DNA of 64,000 bases from contig CM059431.1 in assembly GCA_030390025.1 (NCBI GenBank), positions 153,638,001 to 153,702,000 on the forward strand. Direction: 5' to 3'. This DNA comes from Squalus acanthias. Lineage: Eukaryota. Of this stretch, positions 1 through 11,000 are shown piece after piece (within the stretch, counting starts at the first letter, position 1; every line of letters starts with the position of its first letter). The notes under the pieces were generated by a model. It made no database searches and was not told the DNA's origin. It saw nothing but the letters and a program-made list of their open reading frames with translations. A program made the translations under genes and the position numbers.

Positions 1-1930
1 GCAAGGGAGAAGATGAAGAGAATAGGAGAGAAGTCAAAAAAACAATAGGAAGGCAAAGGGTAACTATGAGATTAAATTAGCAAGGAACATAAAACAACTT
101 AATAAAATATTCCACAGACACATAAATAAAAAAGGAAAATCCGGATGGGAATACGGCCATTAAGGAACGGTCAGGATAAATTCACAGGCAGCCATAGCGA
201 AATGACAGAAATATTATATAATTATTTACTTCAGTATTTACCAGGGAGACGGTCAGGTAGACGTGACATCGGAAAATGAGATTAGAAATGATATAACCGT
301 GTTAAAAATTAATAATGAGAAATATTAAATAAACGAATCAAACTAAAACAGGATAAATCCCCTGCTGCAGACGAATTACATCCGCGCATTTTAAAGGAAT
401 CTAGGGAAGCAATAGAAGAGGCACTATGACACATATTTAATAATTCGGTTGAAAAAGGTATTGTGCAAAAGGACTGGCGGATAGCTAAAGTAATACCTGT
501 ATTTAAGAAGGGAGATGGAACATATCCATGGGACTATAGACCAGTCAGCTTAACATCGGTGTTAGGATAAATAATGGAATCCCTACAAAAGGAAAAAATA
601 GAAGAACATCTAGAAGTCAAAAATATAATAATGAATAGTCAGCATGCATTTCAAAGGAGAAAGTCTTGTTTGACCACACTCATTGAATTATTTGAAGAGG
701 TAACAGAGAGCGTTGACAAGGGTAAAGTAGTAGACGTAATTTATCGAGATTTCAAAAAAGCCTTCGATAGAGAACTACATAACAGGCTAATGAAAAAGGT
801 CAGAGAATGTGGAGTGAGGCAACAAGTAGCAGAATGGATAGCTAGCTGGCTTCAAGAGAGAAAGCAGAGAGTAGGGGTAAGGTTAGCTATACAGAGCGGC
901 AGAATATGAAAAGTGGGGTCCCACAATGATCAGTGCTGGGGACATGTTTGTTCACAATTTATGTTATCAATTTAGACTTTGGAATCAAAAACACTATTTC
1001 TAAATTGGCGGATATCACCAAATTGGGGGAAGGGTGCGGCTTTGATAGTCAGTACTGAGGAGGGCTGCAACAAATTACAAGAAGACATTAATAAATTTAC
1101 AGAATGGGCAAATGCACTTCAACACAGATACATGGGAGGTATTACATTTTGGTAAGAAAAATAAGGAGGTCACATATTATTTGGAAAATAAGAATCTAAA
1201 TTGGACAGAAAAGCAAAGCGATATTGGATTACAAATACACAAATCACTAAAACTTGCGACGCAGGTTTATAAATGCAAGCGACAAATAAAATAAGCAAAC
1301 CAAGCACTCGGGTTTATTTCAAGAGGGATAGAATTGAAAAGTTGTGAATTATGCGAAACTTGTATCGAACCTTAGTAATAGCACACTTGGAGAACTGCGG
1401 ACAGTTCTGGTCGCCATGTTATAAAAAAGATATAGAGGCACTGGAGAAGGTAGAAAAAATATTTACATGGATGATACAAGAACTGCGAGGATAAACCTAT
1501 CAGGAAAATATGAACAGGCTGGGTCTCTTTTCTATTGAAAAGAGAAGGCTGAGGGGTGACCTAATAGAGGTCTTTAAAATATGAAAAGGTTTTGATAGAG
1601 TAGACAGAGAAAGAATGTTTCCACTGGTGGGGAAGAGCAAAACTAAAGGCCATCAATGTAAGATAGTCACCAAGAAATCAAATACGGAATTCATAAGAAA
1701 GTTCTTACCAATAGAATGTGAGGATGTGAACCTCGCTACAACAGGGAGTGGTTCCAGCAAACAGTATAGACACATTTGAAGGGAGGCTAGATAAGAATAG
1801 GAGGGAGAAGGGAATATAGGATTGTGCTGATAGAGTTAGATGAGGAAAGATGAAAGGAGGCTCGAGTGGAGCTTAAACGCCGACATGGAGTGGTTGGTCC
1901 GAATGGTCTGTTTCTGTGCTGCATATCCTA
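1..1930 (+). mobile_element. CR1 LINE fragment (degenerate ORF2 RT region + 3' UTR)
   Basis: ORF 574-909 reads KSCLTTLIELFEEVT...VDVIYRDFKKAFD (CR1 RT). Many frameshifts. Ends in a CR1-type 3' UTR (ccgaatggtctgtttctgtgctg). Confidence 0.9.
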
Positions 1931-2975
1931 TGTAAACCGCGTCCATCTCCAAGAGAAAGCAATCAATTAACTATCTTAACTGCACTTACCTGACTTGTAA
2001 TAGTTTGTGAATTGATACCAGGATGAGATGTTTTGACGAGTTGTGCCCAGGTGCTTTAGTTTAAGAAGGTACGGTAGAGAATAGAAAGAAGCAGACTGCT
2101 GCCATTATTTGAAGGATCTGGAACTAACGGCTATAGATTAAAGAATGGATTGAAGAGATTTACAACGGGTGGTCAGAGAGGCCTCTTTACATTGAGAATG
2201 GTGAAGCTGTGCAATTAACAGAGGCAGAAATTATGTCAAAATTGGAGACTAAATTGTGTGAACAAAAATAGTTTGAATTGATGTTGAGATCGGGCGGATA
2301 AAGTGATTGGAACTATTTAATCGGCTGGAGGTTAAATGCTGAGAAGGACTAATTGGGTTAAACAGTCTTTTCCCCTCTTATTACATTCCAACAAACTGAT
2401 GAACATTTGAGATTTTCAGTAAACATCTGTGAACAAAGATGTCTAATGTCACATTGACGAGTCAAGTTCCTACTGTCTCCATCATTAGACACTGATCAGG
2501 AGACAGGGCCCCGTTCTATTGGTCCAGGTGACAATGGGGGGCGGAGTCTGATGGGGAGTCCAGCGCCTGCAACATTCACATCAAGATTACAGAATTGCAA
2601 ATAACCACCATTGTAACACGTTGTTTCTACACTAAAGGAATGTCTATCTGCTAATTAAACTGAGCGTCTCATTCCAGTAGCTGCTGTGTGAGGTAGTTAA
2701 CGCTGACGCACACATGTTCTACTCCACTGCTGAAGCTCAGTCATGAATGTTCTCCTGGAATCTTGACCGGGAAGGGCGCTGTTTTAGCGGGAATCGATTA
2801 TGTTCACCCGGGGAAAGCAGCAGACATCAAACACACGGCACAAAGTGGGAATAATATTTCATGATACCTGTTCATTTTCACAAGAACAATCGGCTTTTGT
2901 CCCAAGGGAAAGATTGCCATTCTAAAACGGAACACGGGCTGTAATTGAGCTCTAGTTAGGACAGGAAGCTATGGT

Positions 2976-3855
2976 TTAATTCTGCATTTTATTAACCAAT
3001 ATCAGAATCAATGTCCAGGGAGATTTCACCACCTTCACCAAATCTTGCCTGAATTTGGTTTGTGTCGCTGCATAAATGCAGGTGTCTGTACAGGAACTCA
3101 AATACATGAGCATAAATCCGCTTTCAGACAGGATGTATGCAGGGGTTTCATACTCACCTTTGTAATAAACGGCCAGGCTGTTCTTCAAGTTACTAACGAC
3201 AGATGTACAGTGAACAGTAAAATGATGGACTTCCTCCGGCTCTCCATCTCTGGATCGCTCTGATTCTCACTGCAGTGACCCCGGAGTCCCCTGCGGGCCC
3301 TACTGCTTATTACAATTCGTCTGACTGTAAAACAATTAAACAGTAATATCAAAGCAACAGCAGACCATGGAACTAAAATATTTTGAATGCGGAAATAGGC
3401 TATGCCTGCAGGCGATGAATAAAAGGCTTCACTGGTGCGGCATCCCCAGGAAACATTGTTAATGATTCGTTGAGATTCATAGGAGAAAGCAAAGGGGATA
3501 TTCTCAATACAGACCAGCACAAGGACAGTTATTAAAACTGCGGCCGCAGTTCTCACTGTGCAATACTTTGTTTTAAACTTCTGACAACATATAGTTACAA
3601 ATCGATCAAAAGTGAACAAGGCTGTAAACCACACCGACATATCCAGGGTGACGGTATTGATGTAATGAATGGACTTACACACGGCAGTGTAGGACAGGAA
3701 TGAATGCGGAAAATGTGAACAGAAAATCTGAAACACCAGTATATGGAAGATGATGACCAGTAGATCTGCTGTCGCCATGGCCACCATGTAGACCGAGATA
3801 CATTTGGAAAGGCCGCAATTTCCTCTGGAGAGAATCAGGATTGTCAGTAGGTTCG
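2976..3855 (-). pseudogene. GPR139/GPR142-like class A GPCR copy 1, exon 2 (frameshifted in TM6)
   Basis: Acceptor cttacag| then ANLLTILILSRGNCGLSKCISVYMVAMATADLL...FTFDRFVTIC...RRKSIILLF. About 27-31 nt are missing at 3206/3207 relative to copy 2. TM7 and the C-terminus (SCTDTCIYAATQTKFRQDL) lie in another frame, ending at 2976. Confidence 0.85.
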
Positions 3856-3996
3856 CTGTAAGGAAGAGGGAGAAGAATTTAGTAACAGGGACACCCGGAT
3901 AAACCTCACAGCTTATTGTGGGGAATGCTCAGATATGTCCCTACTTAGTGTTACTACATTGATTTGTTGCCATATAGTCGAGCGTTGAGGAGCAGA

Positions 3997-4930
3997 AGAG
4001 CCATACAGACATTACGGCAGAGAGGGAGGGCATTCGGCCCATCGAGACCGTGACGGCTCTCTGTAGAGCACTCCAGTCAGACCCATCCACCCCCCGCATG
4101 CCCGTAGCCCTACGAGATTATTTCCCTCAAGTGCCTATCCAGTGAGCCCTTGAAAACATTGAGTGTCTCCGCTTCCACCACTTCCGTCGGCAGTGAATTC
4201 CAGGTGCTCACCACTCACTGAGTCAAAAACTCTTTCTTTAAATCCCCACAGAATCTCTTACCCAAAACCTTAAATCTGTGTCCCCTAGTCTTTTTACCAT
4301 CAACTAGTGGGAACAGCCTTTCCCCGTCTAGCCTATCCAAACCCGCCAAATCTTTTACACTTCTATCAAATCACCCCTCAACCTCCTTTGCTCGATTGAA
4401 ACAAAATCCAGCTTCTCCAACCTGTCCTTGTAGCCAAGAACACCCATCCATGGAAACATTCTGGTAATTCTCCTCTGCACCCTCTCAAGGGCCTTCACAT
4501 CCTTCCTAAAGTGTGGTGATCAGAACTGGACGCAATAGTCCAGTTGTGTCCTAACTAGCGTTTTATAAAGGTTCAGCATCACTTCTCTACTTTTGTACTC
4601 AATACCTGTATTTATGAAGCCCAAGATCTCATATGCTTTGTTAACCACTCTCTCAATATGTCCCGCCACTATCAGGGACCTATGCACATTAACTCCCAGC
4701 TCCCTCTGTCCCTGCACAATCTTTAAAACTGTGCCATTGAGTGTATATTGCCTCTCCCTGTTCCTTCTGCCAAAATTCATCACCTCACACTTCTCTGTAT
4801 TGAATTCCTAATGCCACTTGTCTGCCCATTCTGCTAGCCTTTCTATGTCCTGTTGCAGCTACTGTTTGTCATCGGCAAATTTAGAAATTACACTCCGTCT
4901 ACCAATATCCAGGCGATTTATATATCTAAA
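3997..4930 (-). mobile_element. CR1 LINE 3' fragment in the GPCR copy 1 intron
   Basis: ORF 4520-4783 reads LGFINTGIEYKSREVMLNLYKTLVRTQLDYCVQF. CR1 3' UTR near 4000-4070. Confidence 0.9.
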
Positions 4931-5122
4931 AAAAATTGATTTAAAAGGAATGAAACGTTGAATATTCAATATAGAGGGACTCAAATTACGACTCCCTTCC
5001 ACCATACTTCAGGCACTGGTTAAATATAATTTCGCAGCAATTACTGGAAATATATGGATTCAATAAAACATTCAGCTGTTGAGTGGAGGTAGCTGCAGTC
5101 CGAGCAATTATCAAATTAAAAT

Positions 5123-5262
5123 ATGATGTGGAGATGCCGGCGTTGGACTGGGGTGATAGATTCTCTCACAGTAACTTTGCCTGACGAAGGGGCGACAGCT
5201 CCGAAAGCTTGTAATTTTAAATAAATCTGTTGGACTATAACCTGGTGTTGTGCGACTTCTCA
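5123..5262 (+). mobile_element. Penelope-like element terminal-repeat remnant with inverted tail
   Basis: 5160-5262 matches 49928-50020. 5123-5155 is the inverted 3' end of the same repeat (tgatgtggagatgccggcgttggactggggtg). Confidence 0.8.
5177..5214 (+). ncRNA. Minimal type I hammerhead ribozyme
   Basis: TTGC-CTGACGA-A-GGGGC gaca GCTCC-GAAA-GCTT-GTAA: catalytic core, stem II, palindromic AAGCTT stem III, stem I TTGC/GTAA. Confidence 0.75.
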
Positions 5263-5582
5263 ACTTAAAATAGACAGAGAACCACGGGACAAATGAAATA
5301 AATACTATGGACACTAAGCAACACATTCTTTACTGGACTATGTACTGTTGGAGGGGCCGGGGAATCAGCCTCGCCCTCCCTCAGTGCAGAGAGGGAAGTT
5401 GAGTGCCCCGTGCCCAAGATCTGCCCGACAGAATGGCGCCGAACCGGCCGGGCGGGCTGATAGGATTCCCGCTGATAATCACCAAATTATCCGGTGGATA
5501 AATGATTTTCACGGAATCTGTTTCATAATCATTAACAGTGAGATCGTTAACAACTATTAAACAACAGGATGCATTGACTTAC

Positions 5583-5652
5583 CGAGAATACCAAAGACTG
5601 CGAGAAAATGACAGTATATGTCCTTTATCTGTAGAATTATTGGCCGTGCCAT
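5583..5652 (-). pseudogene. GPCR copy 1, coding exon 1
   Basis: ATG at 5652 gives MARPIILQIKDIYCHFLAVFGIL + G|gtaagt. The phase-1 donor joins in frame to the acceptor at 3855. Homologous to 18383-18452. Confidence 0.85.
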
Positions 5653-5729
5653 TTTCAGAAGACTGTGTGAATTCTGTCCTACATTACAGTTCCGACTGGC
5701 GTTTATCTGAGATCCGTAAATGCTCCCCC

Positions 5730-5880
5730 TTTATAGAATAATCCGTGCCCTGGTGAGAAAATCAGGTAACACAATAATTGTACTTAGTTACAGCCATTTA
5801 ACAAACAAGTGGCGATTTTCCGCTTCAGTGCGCCCAATGGGGAAATTGTACAGCTGAGTCCATGAAACTCCGTCCATTAA
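5730..5880 (-). promoter_or_regulatory. Putative promoter of GPCR copy 1 (TATAAA at 5730-5735)
   Basis: TATAAA and the block cactgaagcggaaaatc are conserved with the upstream region of copy 2 (18140-18302). Confidence 0.55.
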
Positions 5881-6029
5881 AAACAATGAAAGGGAGTTAA
5901 TTCCAGAGGGAATGTGCTCTGCGCCCGTCATGTGATCCCTGAAGGGAACATCTCTCCAAGTCCCTGTGTTAGCTTCTCAGGGCCTCACATAATTTGGTGA
6001 AATATTCTCTCATCCATTACATAAGTAAC

Positions 6030-6537
6030 GCTTTAACGTTACTGTTGACGACTCTGCCCTAGCATTACTGGTCGTCACCCTTCTCTAATATTACTGGTAG
6101 TGAACCTAAACTAATATTACTGGTAGTGGCCAACACCTAACATTAATGGTGATGATTCTACTCTAATATTACTGGCGGTGATCCTACAGTAATATTATTG
6201 GTGATGACCCTTATCTAACATTACTGGTGGTGACTCTACTCGACAATTATTGGTGGTGAACCTACTCTAACATTATTGGTCATGACTGAACCGAAGATTA
6301 TTGATGGAGACCCTGCACTAACATTAATTGTGAACCCCCTCCTCTAACATTACTGGAAGTGACGCTATTCTAACATTACTGGTGGTGACTCTAACCTAAC
6401 ATTACTGCTGGTGACCGCACTCTAACATTACTGGTGGTGATTCTAATCTAACATTACTGATAGTGAATCTACTCGAACATTAATGCTGGTGACTCTACAG
6501 TAACATTACTGCTGGTGACCGCACTCTAACATTACTG
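6030..6537 (-). repeat. 26-bp satellite, left arm (reverse orientation, ~19 units)
   Basis: Tandem actctaacattactggtggtgact, the reverse complement of the 8030-18087 unit. Confidence 0.9.
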
Positions 6538-8025
6538 TGATGTGGAGATGCCGGTGTTGGACTGGGGTGGACAAATGTGAGAAGTCCCACAACACCAGGT
6601 TATAGTGCAACAGGTTTATTTGAAATCACAAGCTTTCGGAGCGCTGCTCCTTCATCAGGTGAAGTGAAGAGATGCATATAGGCACAGCATATATAGTCAG
6701 AGAACACTGCCAGATGATTACAGTTAATCTTTCTAACTGCCCTTTATCGCACCTCGGCAGAGAGATAATCACGGCAATCAAAGGTGTGGATGGTGTCCAA
6801 ACAGGTCAGTCAGGAAAACATTACATCAAAGACAATGAGGTGGGGTCACAAGGGGTCAAATGTGGCAGATGCTGGGGTCAGTATGGAAAACAAAAAACTT
6901 TTTTTGCTGGAAATCACAGCAGGTCCGGCCGCATCTGTGTGGAGAGAACAAGCCAACGACGACTCGAGTCTGGATGACTCTACGTCAGGTGGGGTTACAT
7001 GTAGCGTCACATGAACCCAAGATCCCGGTTGAGGCCGCCCTCATGGGAGCGTAACTTGGCTATCAGTTTCTGCTCGACGATTTTGCGTGGTCGTGTGTCT
7101 CGAAGGCCGACTTGGAGAATGCTTACCAGAAGATCGGAGGCTGAATGTCCTTGACTGCTGAAGTGTTCCCCGACTGGGAGGGAACATTCCTGCCTGGCGA
7201 TTGTTGCGTGATGTCCATTCATGCGTTGTCGCAGTGTCTGCATGGTCTCGCCGATGTACCATGCTCCGGGGCATCCTTTCCTGCAACGTATGAGGTAAAA
7301 CGTTGGCTGAGTCACATGAGTATGTACCATGTACCTGGTGGGTGGTGTCCTCAAGTGTGATGATGGTATCTGTGTTGATAATCTGGCATGTCTTGCAGAG
7401 GTTGCCGTGGCAGGGTTGTGTGGTGTCGTGGTCGCATTCTCCTGAAAGCTGGGTAATTTGCCATGAACGATGGTCTGTTTGAGGTTAGGCGGCTGTTTGA
7501 AGGTGAGTAGTGGAGGCGTGGAGATGGCCTTAGCAAGGTGTTCGTCGTCATCGATGACATGTTGAAGGCTGCGAAGAACATGGCGCAGTTTCTCCGCTCC
7601 AGGGAAGTACTGGACGACGTAGGGTACTCTGTTGGTTGTGTCCCGTGTTTGTCTTCTGAGGAGGTCTATGCGATTTTTCGCTATGGCCCCTCGGAACTGT
7701 CGATCGACGAGTCGAGCGTCATATCACGTTCTTACGAGGGCGTCTTTCAGCGTCTGTAGGTGTCCATCGCGTTCCTCCTCGTCTGAGCAGATCCTGTGTA
7801 TTCGCAGGCTTTGTCCATAGGGGATGGCTTCTTTAACGTGGTTAGGGTGGAAGCTGGAGAAGTGGAGCATCCTGAGGTTGTCCGTGGGCTTGCGGTAGAG
7901 TGAAGTGCTGAGGTGTCCGTCTTTGATGGCGAGTAGTGGAGGCCATCCCCACGCCTCCACTACTCGCCTTCAAACAGCCGCCTAACCACAAACAGACCAT
8001 CGTTCGCAGCAAATTACCAAATAAA
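6538..8025 (-). mobile_element. Penelope-like retroelement (5'-truncated; RT C-terminus, GIY-YIG endonuclease, terminal repeat)
   Basis: ORFs LSTSLYRKPTDNLRMLHFSSFHPNHVKEAIPYGQSLRIHRICSD (PLE RT) and YLIRCRKGCPGAWYIGETMQTLRQRMNGH...VGEHF...GLNRD (GIY-YIG). Inverted fragment at the 5' junction. Confidence 0.92.
6626..6662 (-). ncRNA. Minimal type I hammerhead ribozyme in Penelope terminal repeat
   Basis: Reverse complement TCAC-CTGATGA-A-GGAGC agc GCTCC-GAAA-GCTT-GTGA. Stems I and II pair perfectly. Confidence 0.85.
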
Positions 8026-8029
8026 TGCA

Positions 8030-11000
8030 AGTAATGTTAGAGTAAGTAAGCCACCGGTGATGTCAGAGTAGGATCACCACCAGTATTGTTACACAGGAGT
8101 CATGAACAGCAATGTTATAGCAGGATCACCTCTAATAATATTAGATTCGAGTATTGATCAGAACTTGTTGTGTTTTGTTCCAAACAGTAATGTTGCAGTA
8201 GGGTGACTACCAGTGACGTTAGATTAGGCTAAAGCCCCAGTAGTGTTTGTGCTGAGTCATGATAAGAAATGTTTGAGTCCGGTCACCACCAGCATTGTTG
8301 AAGTAGGTTCACCATCAGTAATGTTGGAGTAGAGTCACCACCAGTAATGTTAGAGTAGAGTCAACACCATTAATGTTAGAGTAGAGTCAACACCATTAAT
8401 GTTAGAGAAGGGTCACCACCAGTAATGTTAGAGTACAGTCACCACCAGTAACTTTAGAGTAGGGTCACCACCAGTAATGTTAGAGTGGGGTCAACACCAG
8501 TAATGTTAGAGTAGAGTCAGCACCAGTAATCTTAGAGTAGGGCTAACACCAGTAATGTTAGAGTAGAGTCACCACCAGTAATGTTAAAGTGGGGTCAACA
8601 CCAGTAATGTTAGAGTACGGTCACCACCAGTAATGTTAAAGTGGGGTCAACAACAGTAATGTTAGAGTACGGTCACCACCAGTAATGTTAGAGTAGGGCT
8701 AACACCAGTAATGTTAGAGTAGAGTCACCACCAGTAATGTTAGAGTGGGGTCACCACCAGTAATGTTAGAATACGGTCACCACCAGTAATGTTAGAGTAG
8801 AGTCACCACCAGTAATGTTAGAGTAGGGTCACCACCAGTAATGTTAGAATAAGGTTACCACCATTAATGTTAGAGTAGAGTCAACACCAGTAATGATAGA
8901 GTACGGTCACCACCAGTAATGTTAGAGTAGGGACACGGCCAGTAATGTTAGAGCAGGGTCAACACCATTAATGTTAGAATAAGGCCACCACCATTAATGT
9001 TAGAGTTGGGTCAACACCATTAATGTTCGAGTAAGGTCACCACCAGTAATGTTAGTGTAGGTCAACACCAGTAATGTTAGAATAGGATCACCACAACTAA
9101 TGTTAGAGTAGGGTCCCCACCAGTAATGTTAGAGTAGGGGCACTACCAGTAATGGTAAAGTAGGGACACGGCCCGTAATGTTAGAGTAGGGTCATCACAA
9201 GGAATGTTAGATTCCAGTCATCACCAGTAATCTTCATGTAGACACACCGCCAGTAATGTTAGAGTATGGTCAGCCACATTAAAATTATAGTAGGTTCTAT
9301 GATAAATTGACCCTTAGTTTTAGGGGGTTTAAATACGTGGGGTTGCGGGGATAGGGTGGGATATGTGTCGGTGCAGGCTCGATGGGCCGAAATGGCCTCT
9401 ATCTGCATTGTGGGGATTCTGTGATTCTGTGTGATTCTGTGAACACGAGTAATTTTACATTAGAGTCACCACCAGTAAGGTTAGATTAGGGTCATCTCAA
9501 GTAATGCCATTGTAGATTAACAACCAGTAAATTAGATTAAGGTCACCAACAGTAATGATATAGTTTGGTCACCAACAATAACGTTATTGCAGATTCATTA
9601 CCAGTAACGTTAAAGTGGGGTCACCACCGGTAATATTATAGCATGGGCATTAACAATAATCATGGAGTTTGGCCAACACCAGTAATGTTAGGGTGGAATC
9701 AACTCCAGGAATGTTAGAGTAAAGTCAGAAACAACAATCTTAATGCAGAGTCACAATCATTAATGCTAGAGTACAGTCGCAATCATTAATGTTATAGTAG
9801 GGGCAACACCAGTGATTTTAGGGTAGTATCACCACCTTTTAGGTTAGAGTAGGTTCATCACCAGTAATGGTAGTTAGACTCCTCACTCGTAATGTTAGAT
9901 TAGGCTCACGAGCAGAATTGTTAGATTAGTGTCATATCCAATAATTAAACATTAGTGTCACAACCTTTAACTTTAGAGTTTGGTCGTCACCAGTAGTGTT
10001 CCAGTACAGTCACCACCAGTACTGTTAGACTAGGGTGACCATCAGTAATGTTAGAATCGGGTCACCAGCTCTAACGTTAGAGCAGAGTCACAACCAGAAA
10101 TATTAGTGAATGCTCACCACCAGTAATATTTGTGTGTAGTTAACATCAGTAATGTAAGAGTGGAGTCACAACTTGTAATCATTGCGTGGGGTCACCAATA
10201 ATAATGTTAGGGTAGAATGACCATCAGTAATGTTAGAGAAGGCTCATTATAAGTCACGTTACTGTAGATTCACGACCAGTAATGTTATAGTGGTGTCACG
10301 ACCAGTAATATTAGAGTTCAGTTATCACTAGTAATGTTAGAGTAGAGTCAACACCGGCAATTTTAGTGTATAGTCACCACCAGTTTGGTAAAAGTATTGT
10401 TGGAGTAGGGTCACCATCAGTTATTTTAGTGTGCGGTCACATACAGTAATTTTAGAGTAGAGTCACAATCATTAATGTTCGAGTAATGTCACATCAGTAA
10501 TGTTAGAATAGAGTCACCAACTATAATGTTAGAGTAGGTTGAGCACCAGTATAGTTAGAGAATGGTAAACACCAGTAATGACAGAGCAGAGTAACCACAA
10601 GTAATGTTAAAGCAGAGTCATCATCAGTAAGGTTAGAATATGCTCACCACCGTTAATGTTAGAGTAGGTTCACCATCAGTAATGTTCGATGAGATACACA
10701 ACAGTTAATGTTAGAGTAGAGTCACCGCCAGTAATCATAGAGTAGGGTCACCACCAGTAATGTTAGAGTAGAGTCACCGCCAGTAATATTAGAGTAGGAT
10801 CACCACCAGCAAAGTTAGAGTAGAGTCACCACAAGTAATTTTAGTCCAGGATCATCAGCAGTAATGTTAGAGTCGAGTCACCATCAGTAATGTTCATGCA
10901 GAGGCACCACCAGTAATGTTAGAATGTGGTCACCCGCATTAAAATTATAGTAGGATCAACACGAGTAATTTTGGAGTAGAGTCACCCACAGTAAGGTTAG

